From IMG/VR virus record IMGVR_UViG_3300042197_001007: a stretch of DNA of 64,000 bases. One strand, 5' to 3'. The DNA comes from a virus. The translations under genes and the position numbers were made by a program. Positions 9,965-15,740 of the stretch are shown piece after piece. Position 1 is the stretch's first letter. Each line of letters opens with the position of its first letter. The notes under the pieces are model-generated. The model did not search any database and was not told where the DNA came from. It saw only the letters and a program-made list of their open reading frames with translations.

Positions 9965-10172
9965 ACTTCGGTTCGGAAACGAAGTTGTTAATGATATCTG
10001 CTTGTTTGAGAACTTCATTTAGTGTAGGAAACTCAGGAAGTTTTAGTTCCTGCTTTCCAGTTTTTTCATTCCATTCTCTAGCAGTATCATATTTTACGCA
10101 GAACTCATCGTTCAGCATATGATATGCTTGCTTGAAAATTTCAAAGCGAAGCTCGTAAGGTGTTTTGGACAT
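9963..10172 (-). CDS. conserved phage hypothetical protein (69 aa, MSKTPYELRFEIF)
   Basis: ORF with strong SD CAGGAG after an AC-rich leader. Confidence 0.8.
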   Translation of the reverse strand: MSKTPYELRFEIFKQAYHMLNDEFCVKYDTAREWNEKTGKQELKLPEFPTLNEVLKQADIINNFVSEPK

Positions 10173-10199
10173 TTTGTATCTCCTGTGTGTATGTGTGTG

Positions 10200-10298
10200 T
10201 TATCGAGGGGGTCCCGACCAGGGTTTTTTACGTGTCTCCATCACGGGCATTTACGGGGATGACTCCACCAGGATAAGTTTATAGTCTTTCCAGGACTT
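10200..10298 (-). ncRNA. candidate structured leader RNA with four UGG-loop hairpins
   Basis: AGTC-CTGGAAA-GACT, TCC-TGGT-GGA, CGTG-ATGGAGA-CACG, CCC-TGGTC-GGG in a GC-richer intergenic stretch. Confidence 0.4.
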
Positions 10299-10302
10299 AA
10301 TA

Positions 10303-10626
10303 TCAAAGTTTTAGAATGTCATCTGACATACCACCACGAACATTACTAAAACTGATTACATTATCATATGGTTGTTCATCAAGACCACTAAGGGTATAAT
10401 TTACATAACCATTAGAAAGATAATCCGAGGTCAGTTTGAATTTATAATCGCTGGTATTATCAGTAAAGCGAATAGGATAAGCATTCAAAATACTCTTCAC
10501 TTTACCAAGAGCATCAAACAGTTCAGACAGTTGAACATCTTGCTTTTCAGCGAGAGAATTGATCAGGGCTTGGCGCAGTGCTTCTTCAGCAGTTTCAATA
10601 TGAGAACGAACAGTCATGGTAATCAA
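10303..10626 (-). CDS. hypothetical protein (107 aa)
   Basis: ORF in operon, coupled to upstream gene. Confidence 0.7.
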   Translation of the reverse strand: MITMTVRSHIETAEEALRQALINSLAEKQDVQLSELFDALGKVKSILNAYPIRFTDNTSDYKFKLTSDYLSNGYVNYTLSGLDEQPYDNVISFSNVRGGMSDDILKL

Positions 10627-10862
10627 TCAAATTTACGGTAAGCACCCACTTCTGGGTCGGGATCTAACCACTTGGTATATTCTGGATCTTCCAAGCACAC
10701 ATCAAGTTGCATCTGGTTGTCAAGGAAATACATGTCAGTATAACGCTTGGTCCATTCATTGAACTTTTGGATACGATAGTCAGGTTTGCCGTTGATCTCT
10801 AGGAGACCACACTGGACATAACGATAAGGGGAACGTTCAAGAATTACAGTGGGTTTGGTCAT
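10623..10862 (-). CDS. conserved cyanophage hypothetical protein (79 aa)
   Basis: ORF with ATGA coupling; YRIQK...Y.DMY.LDNQMQLD.CLED.EY.KWLDP pattern. Confidence 0.75.
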   Translation of the reverse strand: MTKPTVILERSPYRYVQCGLLEINGKPDYRIQKFNEWTKRYTDMYFLDNQMQLDVCLEDPEYTKWLDPDPEVGAYRKFD

Positions 10863-11107
10863 GAAGCATCGTCGTGATCAAAGTAATTATCCCACAGTTC
10901 ATCGTCGTTGTCAAGAGGTTGTGCCGCTTTTGAAATTGTCTTGAGGTCAATTCCAGCTTCCTCAACCATAGATGCTGGGATCATGGCAACAGCAGATCCA
11001 TCATCTCTACGAATGATGTATGTTTCTCCCTGTTCTACACGCTCAACGATTTCATCAAAATTTTTTTCAAGTTCAAGTTCAGTGATTTCAATAGTTTCTT
11101 CAGACAT
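10859..11107 (-). CDS. Phd/YefM-like antitoxin-fold protein (82 aa from MSEET)
   Basis: ITELELEKNFDEIVERVEQGETYIIRRDDGSAVAMIP fits the Phd/YefM N-terminal pattern; acidic C-terminal tail. Confidence 0.6.
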   Translation of the reverse strand: MSEETIEITELELEKNFDEIVERVEQGETYIIRRDDGSAVAMIPASMVEEAGIDLKTISKAAQPLDNDDELWDNYFDHDDAS

Positions 11108-11351
11108 TACAGCAGATATCATTTTTTTGTAGATATTTAACAGTTTCTTGGCATCCACCAAGTTGAATACCATCTAAGGTAATTTGTGGGAATGTAGATC
11201 CTTCACCAAATTCAGCATAGAATTCATCAATGGTAAAATCTTTATCTAATTCATAAACAACATGGGTAAAACCTTCATGTTCCATTACAGCAATACATTT
11301 TTCGCAGAATGGACAACCTTGTTTTGAATAGATTGTAAAAGACATTGGCAC
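11100..11351 (-). CDS. glutaredoxin
   Basis: IYSK.GCPFC and TFPQI...IQLGG motifs. Confidence 0.9.
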   Translation of the reverse strand: MPMSFTIYSKQGCPFCEKCIAVMEHEGFTHVVYELDKDFTIDEFYAEFGEGSTFPQITLDGIQLGGCQETVKYLQKNDICCNV

Positions 11352-11373
11352 CTAAAAAATTATATAGTAAAGA

Positions 11374-11447
11374 TCGGGGTGATAGGATTTGAACCTACGG
11401 CATCTCGCTCCCAAAGCGAGTGCTCTACCAAACTGAGCTACACCCCG
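11374..11447 (-). tRNA. tRNA-Pro(TGG), copy 1
   Basis: CGGGGTG/CACCCCG acceptor, loop TT-TGG-GA. Confidence 0.93.
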
Positions 11448-11450
11448 ATG

Positions 11451-11469
11451 AAAGGGAGGTTTCCCTCCC
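11451..11469 (-). terminator. short hairpin terminator or processing site after the SLH protein gene
   Basis: GGGAGG/CCTCCC stem followed by TTT on the minus strand. Confidence 0.5.
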
Positions 11470-11477
11470 AGTATATA

Positions 11478-12359
11478 TCAGAACTTGATACCGAGACCAG
11501 TGGTGAACACAGGCGAATAGGTTCCGTTAGTAGCACCGTAGCTGTTAGCAGCATTGGTGGTGGGGAACTTCAGATCAGCAAAACCAACCAGTGAGTTGGT
11601 GATACGACCTTCAACGCCAAGAGCAAGCACAACCTGTCCACGATTACCAACAGCAGACTGATAGTTAGCATCAGAATTGTTCACGAAAGGAACCTGATAA
11701 CCAACACCAGTATAGAGATTGGCACGGCTCACACCAGACTTAGCACGAGAAATGCTCCAGTCATAAGACACGAGAGCACCACCAGCACTACCGATGTTGC
11801 CAGAAGGACCAGCAACAGCATTCAGGTAAGGGCGAACAGACACAGCATTCTGGTTGCTAAAGGTCTTCACAGCGTAGCGAGCCTGGAGGGTAGCACCACC
11901 AATGGTCTTCTGAGCGGTCTGACCAGCACCAGCAACACCCTGTTGGTTCAGCAGCGCACCAACGCCAACATAGTTGCCAACGCCCTGTGCCTTCTGAGCA
12001 GCAGCAAGTTCAAGAGCACTTACACGCTTGTTGGTAGCAGCGAGCTCACGGGAGAACTCGGCACGAAGAGCAGAGGCAAGACGAGCATCAGCTTCACTGT
12101 AGAAAGTGGTGATGTTGTCAAGGCAAGCGTTGGTGAGAGCAGCAAGTTCAGCACGGGTGGCAGTACGACCAGCCTGGAAAGTGCCATTAGGATAACCAGC
12201 AACACAACCATAACGTGAAACCAGATTTGAGATTGCCTGATAGGACCACTCAGTAGGTTGAACATCTTTCAGTTGTGAAACACTGGTGACTTGTGCCATG
12301 GCAGGAGCTGCGATAGAAGCAGCAGCAATGCCAGCGGCGAGAAATGAACGAATTAGCAT
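11478..12359 (-). CDS. outer-membrane protein: signal peptide, SLH domain, coiled coil, small beta-barrel (293 aa)
   Basis: DVQPTEWSYQAISNLVSRYGCVAGYPNGTF..TRAELAA is the cyanobacterial porin SLH N-terminus; amphipathic strands and terminal GLGIKF. Confidence 0.85.
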   Translation of the reverse strand: MLIRSFLAAGIAAASIAAPAMAQVTSVSQLKDVQPTEWSYQAISNLVSRYGCVAGYPNGTFQAGRTATRAELAALTNACLDNITTFYSEADARLASALRAEFSRELAATNKRVSALELAAAQKAQGVGNYVGVGALLNQQGVAGAGQTAQKTIGGATLQARYAVKTFSNQNAVSVRPYLNAVAGPSGNIGSAGGALVSYDWSISRAKSGVSRANLYTGVGYQVPFVNNSDANYQSAVGNRGQVVLALGVEGRITNSLVGFADLKFPTTNAANSYGATNGTYSPVFTTGLGIKF

Positions 12360-12404
12360 AATTTCCTATAAAAAGAGCGACATGTCATCCCTAAAATTAG
12401 GGAA

Positions 12405-12491
12405 CGGAAGGTGGGAGAGTCGAACTCCCAAGGGCTTTAACACCTCAACTGTTTTCAAGACAGGTTCCGTCGCCAATCGGATTGACCTTCC
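12405..12491 (-). tRNA. tRNA-Ser(TGA)
   Basis: GGAAGGT/ACCTTCC acceptor, CT-TGA-AA loop, long variable arm, G73. Confidence 0.92.
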
Positions 12492-12670
12492 ATATATTGA
12501 AATTGTCCTTCGGTATTATAGAACAATTTGTGGTTTTCTGTCAATACATAGTAACCTGTCAATTCCTTTCCATCATCTGTCCATCCATATGAAATAACTT
12601 TTTCATTCACCCGATCATGTTTTTTGTCCGTGTGAAGATAGTGATTATAACGTTGATGGAGATTGATCAT
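12455..12670 (-). CDS. conserved hypothetical protein (71 aa); 3' end overlaps tRNA-Ser
   Basis: ORF coupled to upstream stop (TAATG). Confidence 0.6.
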   Translation of the reverse strand: MINLHQRYNHYLHTDKKHDRVNEKVISYGWTDDGKELTGYYVLTENHKLFYNTEGQFQYMEGQSDWRRNLS

Positions 12671-12921
12671 TAGCGTACCTCAAAGTCTAGTTTGCGAACT
12701 TTACGTTTGCGTCGTTCTTCTTGGTATTTTAGGTCAGCATTTGATAACATTGGTTGTTTCTTAACATTCTTTTCAGAATTGATTAACACAACTTTGGATA
12801 GGTCAAGAGCAGATATTTGATCTCCTCTAACAGATGTCATGTTTGGACATCCACAACACTTAGTTTTCGTTGGGTGAGCCTCTAACTCCTTCCCGCAGTT
12901 CTTGCATCTGATTGATAACAT
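12670..12921 (-). CDS. Cys-rich putative Zn-binding hypothetical protein (83 aa)
   Basis: CxxC...CCGC and basic C-terminus RRKRKVRKLDFEVR. Confidence 0.75.
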   Translation of the reverse strand: MLSIRCKNCGKELEAHPTKTKCCGCPNMTSVRGDQISALDLSKVVLINSEKNVKKQPMLSNADLKYQEERRKRKVRKLDFEVR

Positions 12922-13021
12922 TTTTCAGCATTCCTTTAATTTCGTCAAGTTCTTCGTGAATATCTTGATGGTGGAACCGCAAAGGTCCCTGAATAAGTTT
13001 GTTAAAAGTTTTCTTTTTCAT
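12860..13021 (-). CDS. small hypothetical protein (53 aa from MKKKTFNK)
   Basis: ATG just downstream of tRNA-Val; the longer ORF-track start lies inside the tRNA. Confidence 0.5.
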   Translation of the reverse strand: MKKKTFNKLIQGPLRFHHQDIHEELDEIKGMLKNVINQMQELREGVRGSPNEN

Positions 13022-13037
13022 AGTTTGAGATGAAAAA

Positions 13038-13109
13038 TGGGCGATACTGGAATCGAACCAGTGACTTACCACTTGTAAGGAGGCCACTCTACCGCTGAGT
13101 TAATCGCCC
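13038..13109 (-). tRNA. tRNA-Val(TAC)
   Basis: GGGCGAT/ATCGCCC acceptor, CT-TAC-AA loop. Confidence 0.93.
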
Positions 13110-13112
13110 ATA

Positions 13113-13195
13113 TGCTCCAGAGAAGATTTGAACTTCCACGCTTTTTAAGGCGGCGGATTCTAAGTCCGCTGTGTCTACCGTTCCACCACTAGAGC
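13113..13195 (-). tRNA. tRNA-Leu(TAG)
   Basis: CT-TAG-AA loop, long variable arm, A73. Confidence 0.92.
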
Positions 13196-13209
13196 ATAGT
13201 TACTGGGTA

Positions 13210-13238
13210 ATTCTACAGTATTTAGATCATCTTGTCAA
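13210..13238 (-). promoter_or_regulatory. sigma70 promoter with embedded late-promoter-like CTAAATA
   Basis: TTGACA(13238-13233)-17 nt-TAGAAT(13215-13210); CTAAATA at 13225-13219. Confidence 0.75.
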
Positions 13239-13251
13239 GGGCATTTGAAAG

Positions 13252-13325
13252 CGTCCTCTGTAGGATTTGAACCTACGACACATCGGTTCGTAGCCGATTG
13301 CTCTATTCCACTGAGCTAAGAGGAC
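13252..13325 (-). tRNA. tRNA-Arg(ACG)
   Basis: GTCCTCT/AGAGGAC acceptor, CT-ACG-AA loop. Confidence 0.92.
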
Positions 13326-13328
13326 AGG

Positions 13329-13400
13329 CGAAGGGTGAGGGATTTGAACCCCCATCGCAAGGTTTTGGAGACCTGCATCTTACCATTAGACCAACCCAAC
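13329..13400 (-). tRNA. tRNA-Trp(CCA) with a mismatched acceptor stem
   Basis: CT-CCA-AA loop, normal D and T arms; acceptor GTTGGGT/ACCCTTC has two T-T oppositions. Confidence 0.75.
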
Positions 13401-13404
13401 AAGG

Positions 13405-13478
13405 TGTCCGTGAGAGGATTTGAACCTCCAACAAATAGATCCTTAGTCTATTGCCTCTTCCAATTGGGCTACACGGAC
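13405..13478 (-). tRNA. tRNA-Leu(AAG), short variable loop
   Basis: GTCCGTG/CACGGAC acceptor, ATAGA-CT-AAG-GA-TCTAT anticodon arm, A73. Confidence 0.8.
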
Positions 13479-13480
13479 AA

Positions 13481-13551
13481 CTGAGAAACTAGGACTCGAA
13501 CCTAGATAAACTCCTTCAAAGGGAGTTGTCCTACCATTAGACGATTTCTCA
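13481..13551 (-). tRNA. tRNA-Gln(TTG)
   Basis: TGAGAAA/TTTCTCA acceptor, CT-TTG-AA loop, G73. Confidence 0.9.
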
Positions 13552-13555
13552 TTAG

Positions 13556-13631
13556 AGTTCAGGGTGGGATTTGAACCCACGGTGATAGAAGTTTTGCAGA
13601 CTTCCGCATTCGACCACTCTGCCACCTGAAC
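13556..13631 (-). tRNA. tRNA-Cys(GCA)
   Basis: GTTCAGG/CCTGAAC acceptor, CT-GCA-AA loop, U73. Confidence 0.92.
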
Positions 13632-13633
13632 GG

Positions 13634-13705
13634 GGTGTCGTATGGGATTTGAACCCATCTACCCAGTTTCACAAACTGGTTCCTTGACCACTAGGATAAC
13701 GACAC
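13634..13705 (-). tRNA. tRNA-His(GTG), no encoded G-1
   Basis: GTGTCGT/ACGACAC acceptor, TT-GTG-AA loop, C73. Confidence 0.88.
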
Positions 13706-13706
13706 A

Positions 13707-13778
13707 TAGCAGTAGGTAGATTTGAACTACCGACCATAGGCATATGAGACCCGTGCTCTACCACTGAGCTATACTGCT
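13707..13778 (-). tRNA. tRNA with CAT anticodon (elongator Met or lysidine-Ile2; not resolvable by eye)
   Basis: AGCAGTA/TACTGCT acceptor, CT-CAT-AT loop, weak anticodon stem. Confidence 0.8.
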
Positions 13779-13782
13779 AAAA

Positions 13783-13864
13783 TGGACGCTGACCTGATGG
13801 ATACTCTTTCTGCGGAGGGAGGCGTCAGTCTTTTATATCCTAGCAAGCACCTTGCTGGAGTCCA
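13783..13864. ncRNA. unassigned 82-nt structured RNA between tRNA-Ser(GCT) and tRNA(CAT)
   Basis: Closing stem TGGAC/GTCCA, stems AGCAAG/CTTGCT and CTGAC/GTCAG, pseudoknot GGATA/TATCC. Confidence 0.6.
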
Positions 13865-13865
13865 A

Positions 13866-13948
13866 CGGAAGATGTTGGGATCGAACCAACGGAGGTTTTA
13901 TCCTCACGGTTTAGCAAACCGCTGCATTAACCACTCTGCCAATCTTCC
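13866..13948 (-). tRNA. tRNA-Ser(GCT)
   Basis: GGAAGAT/ATCTTCC acceptor, TT-GCT-AA loop, long variable arm. Confidence 0.92.
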
Positions 13949-13951
13949 ATA

Positions 13952-14023
13952 TGGAACCGACAAGATTTGAACTTGTGACCGCTCGGTTATCAGCCGAGTG
14001 CTCTACCACTGAGCTACGGTTCC
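13952..14023 (-). tRNA. tRNA-Ile(GAT)
   Basis: GGAACCG/CGGTTCC acceptor, CT-GAT-AA loop. Confidence 0.93.
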
Positions 14024-14027
14024 AAAG

Positions 14028-14100
14028 TGGGAATTGGTGGACTTGAACCACCCACGCAAGGTTCTTCAAACCTTCGCTCTACCAGATGAGCTAAATTCCC
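14028..14100 (-). tRNA. tRNA-Phe(GAA)
   Basis: GGGAATT/AATTCCC acceptor, TT-GAA-GA loop. Confidence 0.9.
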
Positions 14101-14104
14101 AAAG

Positions 14105-14176
14105 TCCAGAAGGTTGGATTTGAACCAACGTCCTCACCGCCCCAAACGGTGCCGTCTACCACTGACTTACTCCTGG
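14105..14176 (-). tRNA. tRNA-Pro(TGG), copy 2 (divergent)
   Basis: CCAGGAG/CTTCTGG acceptor (C1-G72, A73), CACCG-TT-TGG-GG-CGGTG. Confidence 0.82.
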
Positions 14177-14180
14177 ATGA

Positions 14181-14252
14181 TAGTCTCAACGGGACTTGAA
14201 CCCGTGTCTACACTGTGAAAGAGTGTTGTCCTAACCACTAGACGATGAGACC
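14181..14252 (-). tRNA. tRNA-Glu(TTC)
   Basis: GGTCTCA/TGAGACT acceptor, CT-TTC-AC loop. Confidence 0.9.
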
Positions 14253-14256
14253 AAAG

Positions 14257-14329
14257 CGACCCTAACGGGATTTGAACCCGTGATACCACCGTGACAGGGT
14301 GGCGTGATAGACCACTTCACTATAGGGTC
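14257..14329 (-). tRNA. tRNA-Asp(GTC)
   Basis: GACCCTA/TAGGGTC acceptor, CT-GTC-AC loop, G73. Confidence 0.92.
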
Positions 14330-14333
14330 AAGG

Positions 14334-14424
14334 TGAGAGAGGAGGGAATTGAACCCCCGATGGTTCCAATGTAACGGTTTTACAGACCGCAGCCACACGT
14401 ATTGCCAACAGTAGCCACTCTCTC
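14334..14424 (-). tRNA. tRNA-Tyr(GTA) with enlarged D-arm
   Basis: GAGAGAG/CTCTCTC acceptor, CT-GTA-AA loop, long variable arm. Confidence 0.85.
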
Positions 14425-14427
14425 ATA

Positions 14428-14500
14428 TGGGTTTGGTCGGGGTCGAACCGACGACTTACAGGTTAAAAGCCCGCTACTCTACCAACTGAGTTACAAACCC
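14428..14500 (-). tRNA. tRNA-Lys(TTT)
   Basis: GGGTTTG/CAAACCC acceptor, CT-TTT-AA loop. Confidence 0.93.
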
Positions 14501-14515
14501 AAATAATGTGATAAA

Positions 14516-14564
14516 TATTCAGTTGTCAAGGTGCTGGTGGTCTCTCGACCACTTGATTAGAATA
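14516..14564 (-). promoter_or_regulatory. tRNA-operon leader: extended -10 followed by boxB-like hairpin and boxA-like element
   Basis: TGG-TATTCT (-10 at 14564-14559), GTGGTC-GAGA-GACCAC (14552-14537), GCACCTTGACAA-CTGAATA (14534-14516). Confidence 0.6.
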
Positions 14565-14622
14565 CCACCGTTTGGTCTCTGGGGAGGGACTGGTGGACAC
14601 TTGAAGGACCGTCACAAGCAAC

Positions 14623-14656
14623 AAAAAAGGGGAGGAAACTTTTGGTTTCTCTCCCC
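14623..14656 (-). terminator. intrinsic terminator upstream of the tRNA-operon promoter
   Basis: GGGGAG.GAAAC/GTTTC.CTCCCC-type stem flanked by A and T runs. Confidence 0.7.
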
Positions 14657-14684
14657 GTTCTTTTGCTTTTATGAATTACATATC

Positions 14685-14783
14685 TTACATATGCTTATCC
14701 ATATCCGCAAACAGGGGAGATCCCTCAATATGCCAATAGCGGCAATCGAGAATACTAAACTGTTTGGGCATTGGATAAGACAT
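14685..14783 (-). CDS. 32-aa late-expressed micro-protein MSYPMPKQFSILDCRYWHIEGSPLFADMDKHM
   Basis: Hand translation; perfect TATAAATA late promoter at 14813-14806. Confidence 0.5.
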   Translation of the reverse strand: MSYPMPKQFSILDCRYWHIEGSPLFADMDKHM

Positions 14784-14832
14784 TGTTTTCGACCTTTAAT
14801 GTGTTTATTTATAAGAGTTTTTGAAAACTCAA

Positions 14833-14906
14833 CGCCTCAGGTTGGATTCGAACCAACGGCTAACCGCTTAGAAGGCGGATACTCTAGTCCACTGAGTTAC
14901 TGAGGC
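14833..14906 (-). tRNA. tRNA-Arg(TCT)
   Basis: GCCTCAG/CTGAGGC acceptor, CT-TCT-AA loop. Confidence 0.92.
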
Positions 14907-14920
14907 ATGTAGATAGTATA

Positions 14921-15319
14921 TCAGTGTTTGGGGCAAGTGTCAATCCACGGAGAGCACAACCTGATTTCCCCTCCCAGTGATCGACACTCATCAGTATAGC
15001 ACACAGAGGTGTCCACTGGTTTTTCTGAGTATCTTGGAGATGGCATTTTAACAGTTCCATCGTCTCCTGTCAATCGTTCATAATCTCTGATCGCTTTATC
15101 GACAGTTCTCTTTACTTTGCGTTCTATGATACCAGGATCTTTCTGTAGTTCTGGTATCAAAGGAGAATCTGGTTGATACTTTACTAATGTTTCGTAAATT
15201 ATATCCCAGATATGTTTATCCTCTATCTTGAGGCAAGATGAGAGTGATGCTACAACTAATGTAAGTATTAGTATTGTTTTTATAGATGTTTTCTTTTTAC
15301 CAAAATTAAAATTAAACAT
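14921..15319 (-). CDS. putative lipoprotein (132 aa)
   Basis: Basic N-terminus, hydrophobic stretch, lipobox-like LSSC; Cys-rich C-terminus. Confidence 0.65.
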   Translation of the reverse strand: MFNFNFGKKKTSIKTILILTLVVASLSSCLKIEDKHIWDIIYETLVKYQPDSPLIPELQKDPGIIERKVKRTVDKAIRDYERLTGDDGTVKMPSPRYSEKPVDTSVCYTDECRSLGGEIRLCSPWIDTCPKH

Positions 15320-15320
15320 A

Positions 15321-15353
15321 AAAAAAGGAAGAGCTGCGGCACCACTCTTCCTT
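15321..15353 (-). terminator. hairpin terminator after the RlpA-like gene
   Basis: AAGGAAGAG/CTCTTCCTT stem followed by a U-run. Confidence 0.55.
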
Positions 15354-15376
15354 ATTTATTACGAAAGTAAGATTGA

Positions 15377-15739
15377 TCAGATCCTACTATAGCATACAGT
15401 TGTCACACCTTGCCCTGGGTGAGCAATAGAAGAGAACGCACCATAAGACAGGTCAAGATCCCTATCTCCAACATAGGGTCCGCGATCATTTACACGCACA
15501 ATTACAGATCTACCATTTCGTTGATTCGTAACTCGTAATCTGGTTCCGAATGGAAGCCATCTGTGTGCTACCGATTTACCGTATGCGTTATACTTTTCGC
15601 CATTAGCAGTTGTTTGCCCATGATATCCATCACCAATTCCATAATGTGAAGCGAGGGAACATCCGCTCGCTGCCTTTGCTGTTACGGGTGCCAATCCGAC
15701 GAGACCAAAGGCAAGAATTGAAAGTGTTTTAAGAAGCAT
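15377..15739 (-). CDS. rlpA: RlpA-like (double-psi beta-barrel) lytic transglycosylase with signal peptide
   Basis: ASHYG....HGQTTANGE.YN....AH..LPFGT.LRVTN..NGRSVIVRVNDRGPY...RDLDLSYGAF. Confidence 0.88.
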   Translation of the reverse strand: MLLKTLSILAFGLVGLAPVTAKAASGCSLASHYGIGDGYHGQTTANGEKYNAYGKSVAHRWLPFGTRLRVTNQRNGRSVIVRVNDRGPYVGDRDLDLSYGAFSSIAHPGQGVTTVCYSRI

Positions 15740-15740
15740 T

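Noticed and set aside
10184-10200. (AC)n tract as a phase-variable microsatellite
   Set aside because: Short and interrupted; better explained as an unstructured translation-enhancing leader.
13783-13864. Assignment of the 82-nt element as a hammerhead or HDV/theta ribozyme
   Set aside because: CTGATG is not followed by the GA...GAAA core, and the HDV P3/P1.1 GG requirements are not met by eye; left unassigned.
13443-14903. ORF-track ORFs overlapping tRNAs (13443-13658, 13782-13970, 14508-14903, 11379-11594)
   Set aside because: They are coincidental readings of tRNA genes and regulatory DNA.
13038-14906. CRISPR-like regularly spaced repeats (TTCAAATCC etc.)
   Set aside because: These are tRNA T-arms; there are no direct repeats with unique spacers and no cas genes.
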